Both the position numbers and the translations under genes were made by a program. Under the pieces are notes generated by a model. It saw only the letters and a list, made by a program, of their open reading frames with translations, did not search any database and was not told the origin of the DNA. Positions 1 to 11,081 of a stretch of DNA of 64,000 bases are shown here, in pieces; the stretch's first letter is position 1; the number at the start of each line of letters is the position of its first letter. This DNA comes from Lingula anatina (lineage: Eukaryota > Animalia > Brachiopoda), in the NCBI GenBank assembly GCA_051362555.1, contig CM120642.1:21328001-21392000 (forward strand). The letters run 5' to 3'.

Positions 1-168
1 TTAACAGTTGACAGTGTGTGACAGAATTGTAGTTGTTTGACACTTTGTATGCAAAGAGTGAGAATTATCTACAATATTTTTTTTTCAATTTCACAACATC
101 TAATTAGACTCACATTAAACATCAAATATTATGATTTGAGTTTGTTTGTGTAAGAGGTGACAAATTAC

Positions 169-454
169 CCACAATTGTCCTCTGGAAAAGAATATATACC
201 CATTGAAGATATCTCCTTACTACCAATACCTGATGCAGATTCCTCCTTACAATCGGTTTCTGGAATAGGGTTTAGCACACCATTTGACAATGTCCTAAAG
301 CTTGCCATATGCCATCTATTGTACACATGGATGAGACATAGCATTGCTCTTGCTGTTGTCTTTTGCTGTCTGTTTTTTCTATAGTAATTAGCCCTGACCA
401 GACAGGAAGAATCAGTTCACCAAAAAAGCCATCACGCTGTATGGAAAAGGTCAC
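169..454 (-). other. Representative repeated exon (286 nt) of the array
   Basis: Acceptor tgttctttttccag|GTGACC and donor TGTGG|gtaatt. The length is 3n+1 and all three frames contain stops. Confidence 0.6.
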
Positions 455-1849
455 CTGGAAAAAGAACAATATGTTTGATAAAAGTGAAAATTAAATTCTA
501 AAAATTGACAAATTGCCCACACTAAAATAGTTGAACAATAATTTTGATAAACTTAACCTAAACAGTTGACTATGTCTAATAAAATGGATATTTTCAGAAC
601 ATATAAATTTGAGAAATACTGAAAATGACATTGAAAAGACTGCCAAATTCCATGGTTGAAAATAGTTAAACGTTAATTATTTTCACAAATCTTGTCTAAT
701 ATTTGTGAAATTTGGATAGATGATGCATAACAACAATAAAAATCTGTGATAAGCTCATCAGTTGACTGCCTCTCATGAAAAACATTTTTCAGAGCATATA
801 AATGTGAGAAAACTGAAAATGACATTGAAAAGACTGTAAAATTCCATGGCTTAAATTAGTTAAACGTTAATAATTTTCACAAATCCTGTCTAATATTTGT
901 GAAATTTGGATAGATGATGCATAACAACAATAAAAATCTGTGATAAGCTCATCAGTTGACTGTGTCTCGTGAAAAAGATTTTTTTTGGACAATAAATTTG
1001 AGAAAACAGAAAATGACATTGAAAAGACTGCCAAATTCCATGGCTTAAAATAGTTAAACGTTAATAATTTTCACAAATCTTGTCTAATATTTGTGAAATT
1101 TAGACAGATGATGCATAACAATAATAAAAATCTGTGATAAGCTCATCAGTTGACTGTGTCTCATGAAAAACATTTTTCAGAGCATATAAATGTGAGAAAA
1201 CTGAAAATGACATTGAAAAGACTGCCAAATTCCATGGCTTAAAATAGTTAAACGTTAATTATTTTCACAAATCTTGTCTAATATTTGTGAAATTTGGATA
1301 GATGATGCATAAAAACAATAAAAATCTGTGATAAGCTCATCAGTTGACTGTGTCTCATGAAAAAGAATTTTCAGAGCATATAAATGTGAAAAAACTAAAA
1401 TTGACATTGAAAAGACTGCCAAATTACATGCCATAAAATAGTTAAACGTTAATAATTTTCACATAACTTGTTCAATATTTGTGAAATTTGGAGAGATGAT
1501 GCCTAACAATAACAAAAATCTGTGATAAGCTTAACAGTTGACAGTATGTGACAGAATTGTAGTTGTTTGACACTTTGTATGCAAAGAGTGAGAATTATCT
1601 ACAATATTTTTTTTTCAATTTCACAACATCTAATTAGACTCACATTAAACATCAAATATTATGATTTGAGTTTGTTTGTGTAAGAGGTGACAAATTACCC
1701 ATAATTGTCCTCTAGAAAAGAATATATACCCATTGAAAACATCTCCTTACTACCAATGCCATATGCAGATTCCTCCTTACAATCGGGTTCTGGAATAGGG
1801 TTTAGCACACCATTTGACAATGTCCTAAGGCTTGCCATATACCATCTAT

Positions 1850-3998
1850 TAGCCTTTTTCATCTTTTCCGGAAATGGAAATTGCATTGTGGGTAGGGGAG
1901 CCCTGCTACGTCGAAACACTTACAGCGGTGCTAAAAACCATGGCTCGGTTTACGTGCTTTTTGTCCCGCTACTACAATAACAGTAAGCGAGATCGACACA
2001 TGAGGTTTAATAAGTTCCCAACAAACCCGTTAGAATAAAAAATATGGTAGAAAGAAAGGAAAATATAGCAGGTTTGGATCAAAAGCAGGGCACCGCGTTT
2101 GCGCTGAACATTTCGAAGGCGGGAAGAAAAACTATAATATTAGGAGATCAACGGTGCTTTATAAAAAACAGAAATGCTTAGTTAAACAACGGATATAACG
2201 AACTATCGGCAAATAGAACTCGGGGGTAAAAAATGCGAGAAGAAAAACATTATAAAGATTTGAAGAAAAAATTGAAGAATAGGCCGGGGCCTAAAAATTA
2301 AGAAAAGACTTCAAGCATGAGATTATGAAAAAAGAAAGTAAAAGCTGTGAAGTTTTACACGGGGATTCTACTTACAAAAAATTCAAGAATATTCACGACT
2401 TTTTGTGTAACAACAAAGAGAAGGTTTGAAAAATTTTGTATGTAATATCCTTTTTGTGTGTGTTTTATTGATAAGTGATCATTTTAAATGTTGTAGGCCC
2501 ATCACAGGTTTTAGTCTCTAATAACCCTTAGCAGGATGGGTTCTATTTTTTTTAACGTGAGACGTTAATAAAATTTTTATTATTATGTATTCAGTCCCGT
2601 ATACGTAGGCTATTACTGATTTGTACAAACGGGGCTCATATTATCAAGATCAACAGAGACATACGAAGAAGAAAGTACATCGGCTCTTGCTGAATGCGTT
2701 ATCGGCGAAACAAAAAGTTATTTATTTCTGAACTCAATGACAAGAGAATTGGAAAATACAAAAAATGCAGAAAAGCCTTTCTGTAAGCTACACGTACATG
2801 ATACATGTATGGTAAAGACAAAATGGATAATAAACATAATCCAACAACGTATTTGTAAAGTAATACAAATATGCTTAGTATTAAAGTAGGCCTACGTATA
2901 TTTAACTGTCTTAGATAGTTGAATTTAAATGTGTGGGAAACACTTTATTTGAATGATTTAATTGTCTGTGATTGAAAACGATGAAAATACGCATGAAAAC
3001 ATTTAAAAATCAAATAATTTGGCCTCTTGCTATAATTTTGTTTTTGTTTCAGTTTGATAAAATTTTCATACTTGTCAGACCGAAAGGCTGACATTTTTTA
3101 CCTGTCGTAAATTTTGTACATATACTAGAGTAAGACACGGTAAACTTTAATTATCGTCTGGGAAAGAGTCGAGAATTCCTGTCTCACCTATTTAACACTT
3201 AAAAGGTTTTAATTACAGAGGAAAGGTCGTAGTTGTGGCCGCCCGCCTTACCGAACAATTGAACAAGTAACACCTGATGCCTCATCAGGTACCAAACGAT
3301 TTAATCAGTTCACCGACGAACGATCTGCGTGTCAGTTTTACCTGTATACACAGTAGCTACGAGTCAAACAATGCAGGAAATCTTTTCATTTTATCACTTT
3401 AAAAATCTATTAAGATATCCTTCAAACAAGACATAAAAATCGTAATGAATTGACACTGCCGGTAAATGAGGTGATATCGCCACAGCTTGCATATATACAT
3501 GTACAAAATTGTGAAGACGTAGGCCTGCGCACCTGTCCACACTCTTGAAAGCTGTGTACGAGTCTACTGGCTATTTTGATTTTATATATAAAAAAATAAC
3601 GAGTCTCTTTCGCATATCTTTATTATCGGAAGCATTTAAAAGAACTCCGAAGCTTTAGTTCGTCATCACTATTGAAAGTACAGCCAAGGCTCGGACGCTT
3701 AGGTGAAGTCTAGTTGTAAAGCGCATCGTATCTAAACTGAGAAAGAAAATATTTAATTGCTTGATTTCCGTCCAAATAGCTGTTTCTTGCCTACAGTTTA
3801 CGCATTTCTGTGCTTCAGCCACCTTTTTAGTTTGACAGAAAGCAATGCACGCTTCATACGACCTTTTTATATGCGCACCTTGTACATCATCTACATCTAG
3901 CATAGCCTGCTGGAAACAGCAGAGGACCACTATGACCCCTGTGGCGCGCGGTTCCTGTCATGCGCACTTCGTATTTCCGCAAAAGATGAAAAAGGTTA
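1850..3998. mobile_element. Non-autonomous DNA transposon (~2.15 kb) with ~26-bp imperfect TIRs, inserted in the second repeated exon
   Basis: Left end TAGCCTTTTTCATCTTTTCCGGAAAT, right end ATTTCCGCAAAAGATGAAAAAGGTTA. The empty site accatctattgtacac is seen in sister units, giving an AT duplication (or no TSD if the ends are TTAG/TTAA). No transposase ORF. Confidence 0.9.
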
Positions 3999-6900
3999 AT
4001 TGTACACATGGATGAGACATAGCATTGCTCTTGCTGTTGTCTTTTGCTGTCTGTTTTTTCTATAGTAATTAGCCCTGACCAGACAGGAAGAATCAGTTCA
4101 CCAAAAAAGCCATCACGCTGTATGGAAAAGGTCACCTGGAAAAAGAACAATATGTTTGATAAAAGTGAAAATTAAATTCTAAAAATTGACAAATTGCCCA
4201 CACTAAAATAGTTGAACAATAATTTTGATAAACTTAACCTAAACAGTTGACTATGTCTAATAAAAAGGATATTTTCAGAACATATAAATTTGAGACATAC
4301 TGAAAATGACATTGAAAAGACTGCCAAATTCCATGGTTGAAAATAGTTAAACGTTAATTATTTTCACAAATCTTGTCTAATATTTGTGAAATTTCGAGAG
4401 ATGATGCATAACAACAATAAAAATCTGTGATAAGCTCATCAGTTGACTGCCTCTCATGAAAAACATTTTTCAGAGCATATAAATGTGAGAAAACTGAAAA
4501 TGACATTGAAAAGACTGTAAAATTCCATGGCTTAAATTAGTTAAACGTTAATAATTTTCACAAATCCTGTCTAATATTTGTGAAATTTGATTAGATGATG
4601 CATAACAACAATAAAAATCTGTGATAAGCTCATCAGTTGACTGTGTCTCATGAAAAACATTTATCAGAGCATATAAATGTGAGAAAACAGAAAATGACAT
4701 TGAAAAGACTGCAAAATGCGGTGCCTTAGAATAGTTAAACGTTAATAATTTTCACAAATCTTGTTCAAGATTTGTGAAATTTAGACAGGTGATGCATAAC
4801 AATAATAAAAATCTGTGATAAGCTCATCAGTTGACTGTGTCTCATGAAAAACATTTTTCAGAGCATATAAATGTGAGAAAACTGAAAATATCATTGAAAA
4901 GACTGCCAAATTCCATGGTTGAAAATAGTTAAACGTTAATTATTTTCACAAATCTTGTCTAATATTTGTGAAATTTGGATAGATGATGCATAACAACAAT
5001 AAAAATCTGTGATAAGCTCATCAATTGAATGTGTCTCATGAAAAAGATTTTTTTTGGACAATAAATTTGAGAAAACAGAAAATGACATTGAAAAGACTGC
5101 AAAATGCGGTGCCTTAAAATAGTTAAACGTTAATAATTTTCACAAATCTTGTTCAAGATTTGTGAAATTTAGACAGATGATGCATAACAATAATAAAAAT
5201 CTGTGATAAGCTCATCAGTTGACTGTGTCTCATGAAAAACATTTTTCAGAGCATATAAATGTGAGAAAACTGAAAATGACATTGAAAAGACTGCCAAATT
5301 CCATGGCTTAAAATAGTTAAACGTTAATAATTTTCACAAATCTTGTCTAATATTTGTGAAATTTGGATAGATGATGCATAAAAACAATAAAAATCTGTGA
5401 TAAGCTCATCAGTTGACTGTGTCTCATGAAAAAGAATTTTCAGAGCATATAAATGTGAAAAAACTAAAAATGACATTGCAAAGACTGCAAACTTCCATGG
5501 CTTAAAATAGTTAAATGTTAATAATTTTCACGAAACTTGTTCAATATTTGTGAAATTTCGAGAGATGATGCCTAACAATAACAAAAATCTGTGATAAGCT
5601 TAACAGTTGACAGTGTGTGACAGAATTGTAGTTGTTTGACACTTTGTATACAAAGAGTGAGAATTATCTACAATATTTTTTTTTCAATTTCACAACATCT
5701 AATTAGACTCACATTAAACATCAAATATTATGATTTGAGTTTGTTTGTGTAAGAGGTGACAAATTACCCATAATTGTCCTCTAGAAAAGAATATATACCC
5801 ATTGAAGACATCTCCTTACTACCAATGCCATATGCAGATTCCTCCTTACAATCGGGTTCTGGAATAGGGTTTAGCACACCATTTGACAATGTCCTAAAGC
5901 TTGCCATATGCCATCTATTGTACACATGGATGAGACATAGCATTGCTCTTGCTGTTGTCTTTTGCTGTCTGTTTTTTCTATAGTAATTAGCCCTGACCAG
6001 ACAGGAAGAATCAGTTCACCAAAAAAGCCATCACGCTGTATGGAAAAGGTCACCTGGAAAAAGAACAATATGTTTGATAAAAGTGAAAATTAAATTCTAA
6101 AAATTGACAAATTGCCCACACTAAAATAGTTGAACAATAATTTTGATAAACTTAACCTAAACAGTTGACTATGTCTAATAAAAAGGATATTTTCAGAACA
6201 TATAAATTTGAGAAATACTGAAAATGACATTGAAAAGACTGCCAAATTCCATGGTTGAAAATAGTTAAACGTTAATTATTTTCACAAATCTTGTCTAATA
6301 TTTGTGAAATTTCGAGAGATGATGCATAACAACAATAAAAATCTGTGATAAGCTCATCAGTTGACTGCCTCTCATGAAAAACATTTTTCAGAGCATATAA
6401 ATGTGAGAAAACAGAAAATGACATTGAAAAGACTGCAAAATGCGGTGCCTTAAAATAGTTAAACGTTAATAAGTTTCAAAAATCTTGTTCAAGATTTGTG
6501 AAATTTAGACAGATGATGCATAACAATAATAAAAATCTGTGTTAAGCTCATCAGTTGACTGTGTCTCATGAAAAACATTTTTCAGAGCATATAAATGTGA
6601 GAAAACTGAAAATGACATTGAAAAGACTGCCAAATTCCATGGCTTAAAATAGTTAAACGTTAATAATTTTCACAAATCTTGTCTAATATTTGTGAAATTT
6701 GGATAGATGATGCATAAAAACAATAAAAATCTGTGATAAGCTCATCAGTTGACTGTGTCTCATGAAAAAGAATCTTCAGAGCATATAAATGTGAAAAAAC
6801 TAAAAATGACATTGCAAAGACTGCAAACTTCCATGGCTTAAAATAGTTAAATGTTAATAATTTTCACAAAACTTGTTCAATATTTGTGAAATTTGGAGAG

Positions 6901-8975
6901 ATGATGCCTAACAATAACAAAAATCTGTGATAAGCTTAACAGTTGACAGTGTGTGACAGAATTGTAGTTGTTTGACACTTTGTATGCAAAGAGTGAGAAT
7001 TATCTACAATATTTTTTTTTTCAATTTCACAACATCTAATTAGACTCACATTAAACATCAAATATTATGATTTAAGTTTGTTTGTGTAAGAGGTGACAAA
7101 TTACCCACAATTGTCCTCTGGAAAAGAATATATACCCATTTAAGACATCTCCTACTACCAATACCTGATGCAGATTCCTCCTTACAATCGGGTTCTGGAA
7201 TAGGGTTTAGCACACCATTTGACAATGTCCTAAAGCTTGCCATATACCATCTATTGTACACATGGATGAGACATAGCATTGCTCTTGCTGTTGTCTTTTG
7301 CTGTTTGCTTTTTCTATAGTAATTATCCCTGACCAGAAAGGAAGAATCAGTTCACCAAAGAAGCAATCAAGCTGTATGGAAAAGGTCACCTGGAAAAAGA
7401 ACAATATGTTTGATAAAGTGAAAATTAAATTCTAAAAATTGACAAATTGCCCACACTAAAATAGTTGAACAATAATTTTGATAAACTTAACCTAAACAGT
7501 TGACTATGTCTAATAAAAAGGATATTTTCAGAACATATAAATTTGAGACATACTGAAAATGACATTGAAAAGACTGCCAAATTCCATGGTTGAAAATAGT
7601 TAAACGTTAATTATTTTCACAAATCTTGTCTAATATTTGTGAAATTTCGAGAGATGATGCATAACAACAATAAAAATCTGTGATAAGCTCATCAGTTGAC
7701 TGCCTCTCATGAAAAACATTTTTCAGAGCATATAAATGTGAGAAAACTGAAAATGACATTGAAAAGACTGTAAAATTCCATGGCTTAAATTAGTTAAACG
7801 TTAATAATTTTCACAAATCCTGTCTAATATTTGTGAAATTTGGATAGATGATGCATAACAACAATAAAAATCTGTGATAAGCTCATCAGTTGACTGTGTC
7901 TCGTGAAAAAGATTTTTTTTGGACAATAAATTTGAGAAAACAGAAAATGACACTGAAAAGACTGCAAAATGCGGTGCCTTAAAATAGTTAAACGTTAATA
8001 ATTTTCACAAATCTTGTCTAATATTTGTGAAATTTGGATAGATGATGCATAACAACAATAAAAATCTGTGATAAGCTCATCAGTTGACTGTGTCTCGTGA
8101 AAAAGATTTTTTTTTGGACAATAAATTTGAGAAAACAGAAAATGACATTGAAAAGACTGCAAAATGCGGTGCCTTAAAATAGTTAAACGTTAATAATTTT
8201 CACAAATCTTGTTCAAGATTTGTGAAATTTAGACAGATGATGCATAACAATAATAAAAATCTGTGATAAGCTCATCAGTTGACTGTGTCTCATGAAAAAC
8301 ATTTTTCAGAGCATATAAATGTGAGAAAACTGAAAATGACATTGAAAAGACTGCCAAATTCCATGGCTTAAAATAGTTAAACGTTAATTATTTTCACAAA
8401 TCTTGTCTAATATTTGTGAAATTTGGATAGATGATGCATAAAAACAATAAAAATCTGTGATAAGCTCATCAGTTGACTGTGTCTCATGAAAAAGAATTTT
8501 CAGAGCATATAAATGTGAAAAAACTAAAATTGACATTGCAAAGACTGCAAACTTCCATGGCTTAAAATAGTTAAACGTTAATAATTTTCACAAAACTTGT
8601 TCAATATTTGTGAAATTTGGAGAGATGATGCCTAACAATAACAAAAATCTGTGATAAGCTTAACAGTTGACAGTGTGTGACAGAATTGTAGTTGTTTGAC
8701 ACTTTGTATGCAAAGAGTGAGAATTATCTACAATATTTTTTTTTCAATTTCACAACATCTAACTAGAGGATCAGAGAGGCGATACCGCCTCCGAATATTG
8801 TACCACCAGCTGGAGCAAGCGCATTCGTATAGACCCCCACATACACAAAATAAGGGGTGCAGCCACCAGTCTTGTGCTTGACAAGCTGTAAAAATGCAAT
8901 CAACAAGAATTTTCAAAATATGCAAAAAATATATATAACTAAAAATGGTGCAATCAAAGTTAAGTTCATTGTAAG

Positions 8976-10545
8976 GTAGGTCAAAGGTCAATTTCAAGGT
9001 CACAGTAAATTGCCAGTATATGACTTCCTATCCAACTTCAATAGTAACTATGGACCTATCTCTGCCAGTTTTGGAGATAAAAGGGAAGCAAAATTTGCAA
9101 AGTTCAGTTCATGGTGAAAAGTAGGTCAAAGGTCAATTTCAAGGTCACAGTAAGATTGCCAGTATATGACTTCCTATTCAACTTCAATAGTAACTATGGA
9201 CCTATCTCTGCCAGTTTTGGAGATAAAAGGGAAGCAAAATTTGCAAAGTTCAGTTCATGGTGAAAAGTAGGTCAAAGGTCAATTTCAAGGTCACATTTAG
9301 ATTGCCAGTATATGACTTCCTATTCAACTTCAATAGTAACTATGGACCTATCTCTGCCAGTTTTGGAGATAAAAGGGAAGCAAAATTTGCAAAGTTCAGT
9401 TCATGGTGAAAAGAAGGTCAAAGGTCAATTTCAAGGTCACAGTAAAATTGCCAGTATATGACTTCCTATGCAAGTTCAATAGTAACTATGGACCTATCTC
9501 TGCCAGTTTTGGAGATAAAAGGGAAGCAAATTTTGCAAAGTTCAGTTCAAGGTGAAAAGTAGGTCAAAGGTCAATTTCAAGGTCACAGTAAAATTGCCAG
9601 TATATGACTTCCTATTCAAGTTCAATAGTAACTATGGACCTATCTCTGCCAGTTTTGGAGATAAAAGGGAAGCAAAATTTGCAAAGTTCAGTTCATGGTG
9701 ATAAGTAGGTCAAAGGTCAATTTCAAGGTCACAGTAAGATTGCCAGTATATGACTTCCTATTCAACTTCAATAGTAACTATGGACCTATCTCTGCCAGTT
9801 TTGGAGATAAAAGGGAAGCAAAATTTGCAAAGTTCAGTTCATGGTGAAAAGTAGGTCAAAGGTCAATTTCAAGGTCACATTTAGATTGCCAGTATATGAC
9901 TTCCTATTCAACTTCAATAGTAACTATGGACCTATCTCTGCCAGTTTTGGAGATAAAAGGGAAGCAAAATTTGCAAAGTTCAGTTCATGGTGAAAAGAAG
10001 GTCAAAGGTCAATTTCAAGGTCACAGTAAAATTGCCAGTATATGACTTCCTATGCAAGTTCAATAGTAACTATGGACCTATCTCTGCCAGTTTTGGAGAT
10101 AAAAGGGAAGCAAATTTTGCAAAGTTCAGTTCAAGGTGAAAAGTAGGTCAAAGGTCAATTTCAAGGTCACAGTAAAATTGCCAGTATATGACTTCCTATT
10201 CAAGTTCAATAGTAACTATGGACCTATCTCTGCCAGTTTTGGAGATAAAAGGGAAGCAAAATTTGCAAAGTTCAGTTCATGGTGATAAGTAGGTCAAAGG
10301 TCAATTTCAAGGTCACAGTAAGATTGCTAGTATATGACTTCCTATTCAACTTCAATAGTAACTATGGACCTATCTCTGCCAGTTTTGGAGATAAAAGGGA
10401 AGCAAAATTTGCAAAGTTCAGTTCATGGTGAAAAGTAGGTCAAAGGTCAATGTCAAGGTCACAGTAAGATTGCCAGTATATGACTTCCTATTCAACTTCA
10501 ATAGTAACTATGGACCTATCTCTGCCAGTTTTGGAGATATAAGGG
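8976..10545. repeat. 146-bp tandem repeat (~11 copies) inside the HINE, with a 584-bp (4-mer) higher-order duplication
   Basis: gtaggtcaaa at 8976, 9121, 9267 and onward. The variants cacatttag, aagaagg and ataagtagg each recur 584 bp apart. Confidence 0.95.
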
Positions 10546-10789
10546 ACTAAATGTTATAATTTTGGAGTTACCATAATGTGCCATAAATTTCCTACAGAAA
10601 AAATTAATTAAAATAAAGAAAAGGTCATTTTGGTCAAAGTTCTTGAAATGGGAGGTTCTCTGAAGTTGCAGAAGTTTAAATTTGATAAAATAATGTCATT
10701 TTTGACCACAAGTTGTCTGCTTTGCCAAGCATTATGTTTTATTTTTCCGGAGTTCAAAATTTATTATCCATTACCGTACTGCACATTTT

Positions 10790-11081
10790 TACGGAAGCCG
10801 ACTGGTGCCATATGTTGAAAAAAAAAATTATCTCGAAATTTCGAGATAGCATTTTTTTTGTTCAAATTTCAAAATACTATCTCGAAATTTCGAGATAAAT
10901 TTTTTTGCTCAAATATCAAAATGCTATCTCGAAATTTCGAGATAATTTTTTTTTTGTTCAAATTTCAAAATGCTATCTCGAAATTTCGAGATAAAAATTT
11001 TTTTTGTTCAAATTTCAAAATAGTATCTCGAAATTTCGAGATAATTTTTTTTTCTACATATGGCACCAGTCGGCTTCCGTA
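10790..11081. mobile_element. MITE nested in the HINE (IS3EU-like ends)
   Basis: Perfect TIR TACGGAAGCCGACTGGTGCCATATG with a 6-bp TSD CATTTT. The interior consists of palindromic ATCTCGAAATTTCGAGAT units. TAY termini plus a 6-bp TSD match IS3EU; the superfamily assignment is inference. Confidence 0.85.

Noticed and set aside
169-454. Two in-frame TGA codons in an otherwise open frame of the repeated exon (selenoprotein idea)
   Set aside because: The exon is not frame-preserving, the first TGA is TGG in older copies, and no SECIS element was identified.
157-469. Recurrent 65-75 aa ORFs on both strands (MFFFQVTFSIQRDG..., MTNYPQLSSG...) as a tandem gene family
   Set aside because: They have non-ATG starts lying in splice-signal sequence, copies carry frameshifts, and no domain is recognisable. 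Recurrence just reflects the DNA repeat.
744-760. K-box/miR-2-family 8mer site CTGTGATA in most 194-bp units (sponge idea)
   Set aside because: It is antisense and intronic relative to the predicted transcript. A single 8-mer amplified with the repeat is uninformative without plus-strand expression.
600-960. Box C/D snoRNA in the 194-bp unit (cTGATGA ... CTGA on the minus strand)
   Set aside because: The C box lacks the 5' purine, there is no terminal stem, and no rRNA-complementary guide was recognised.
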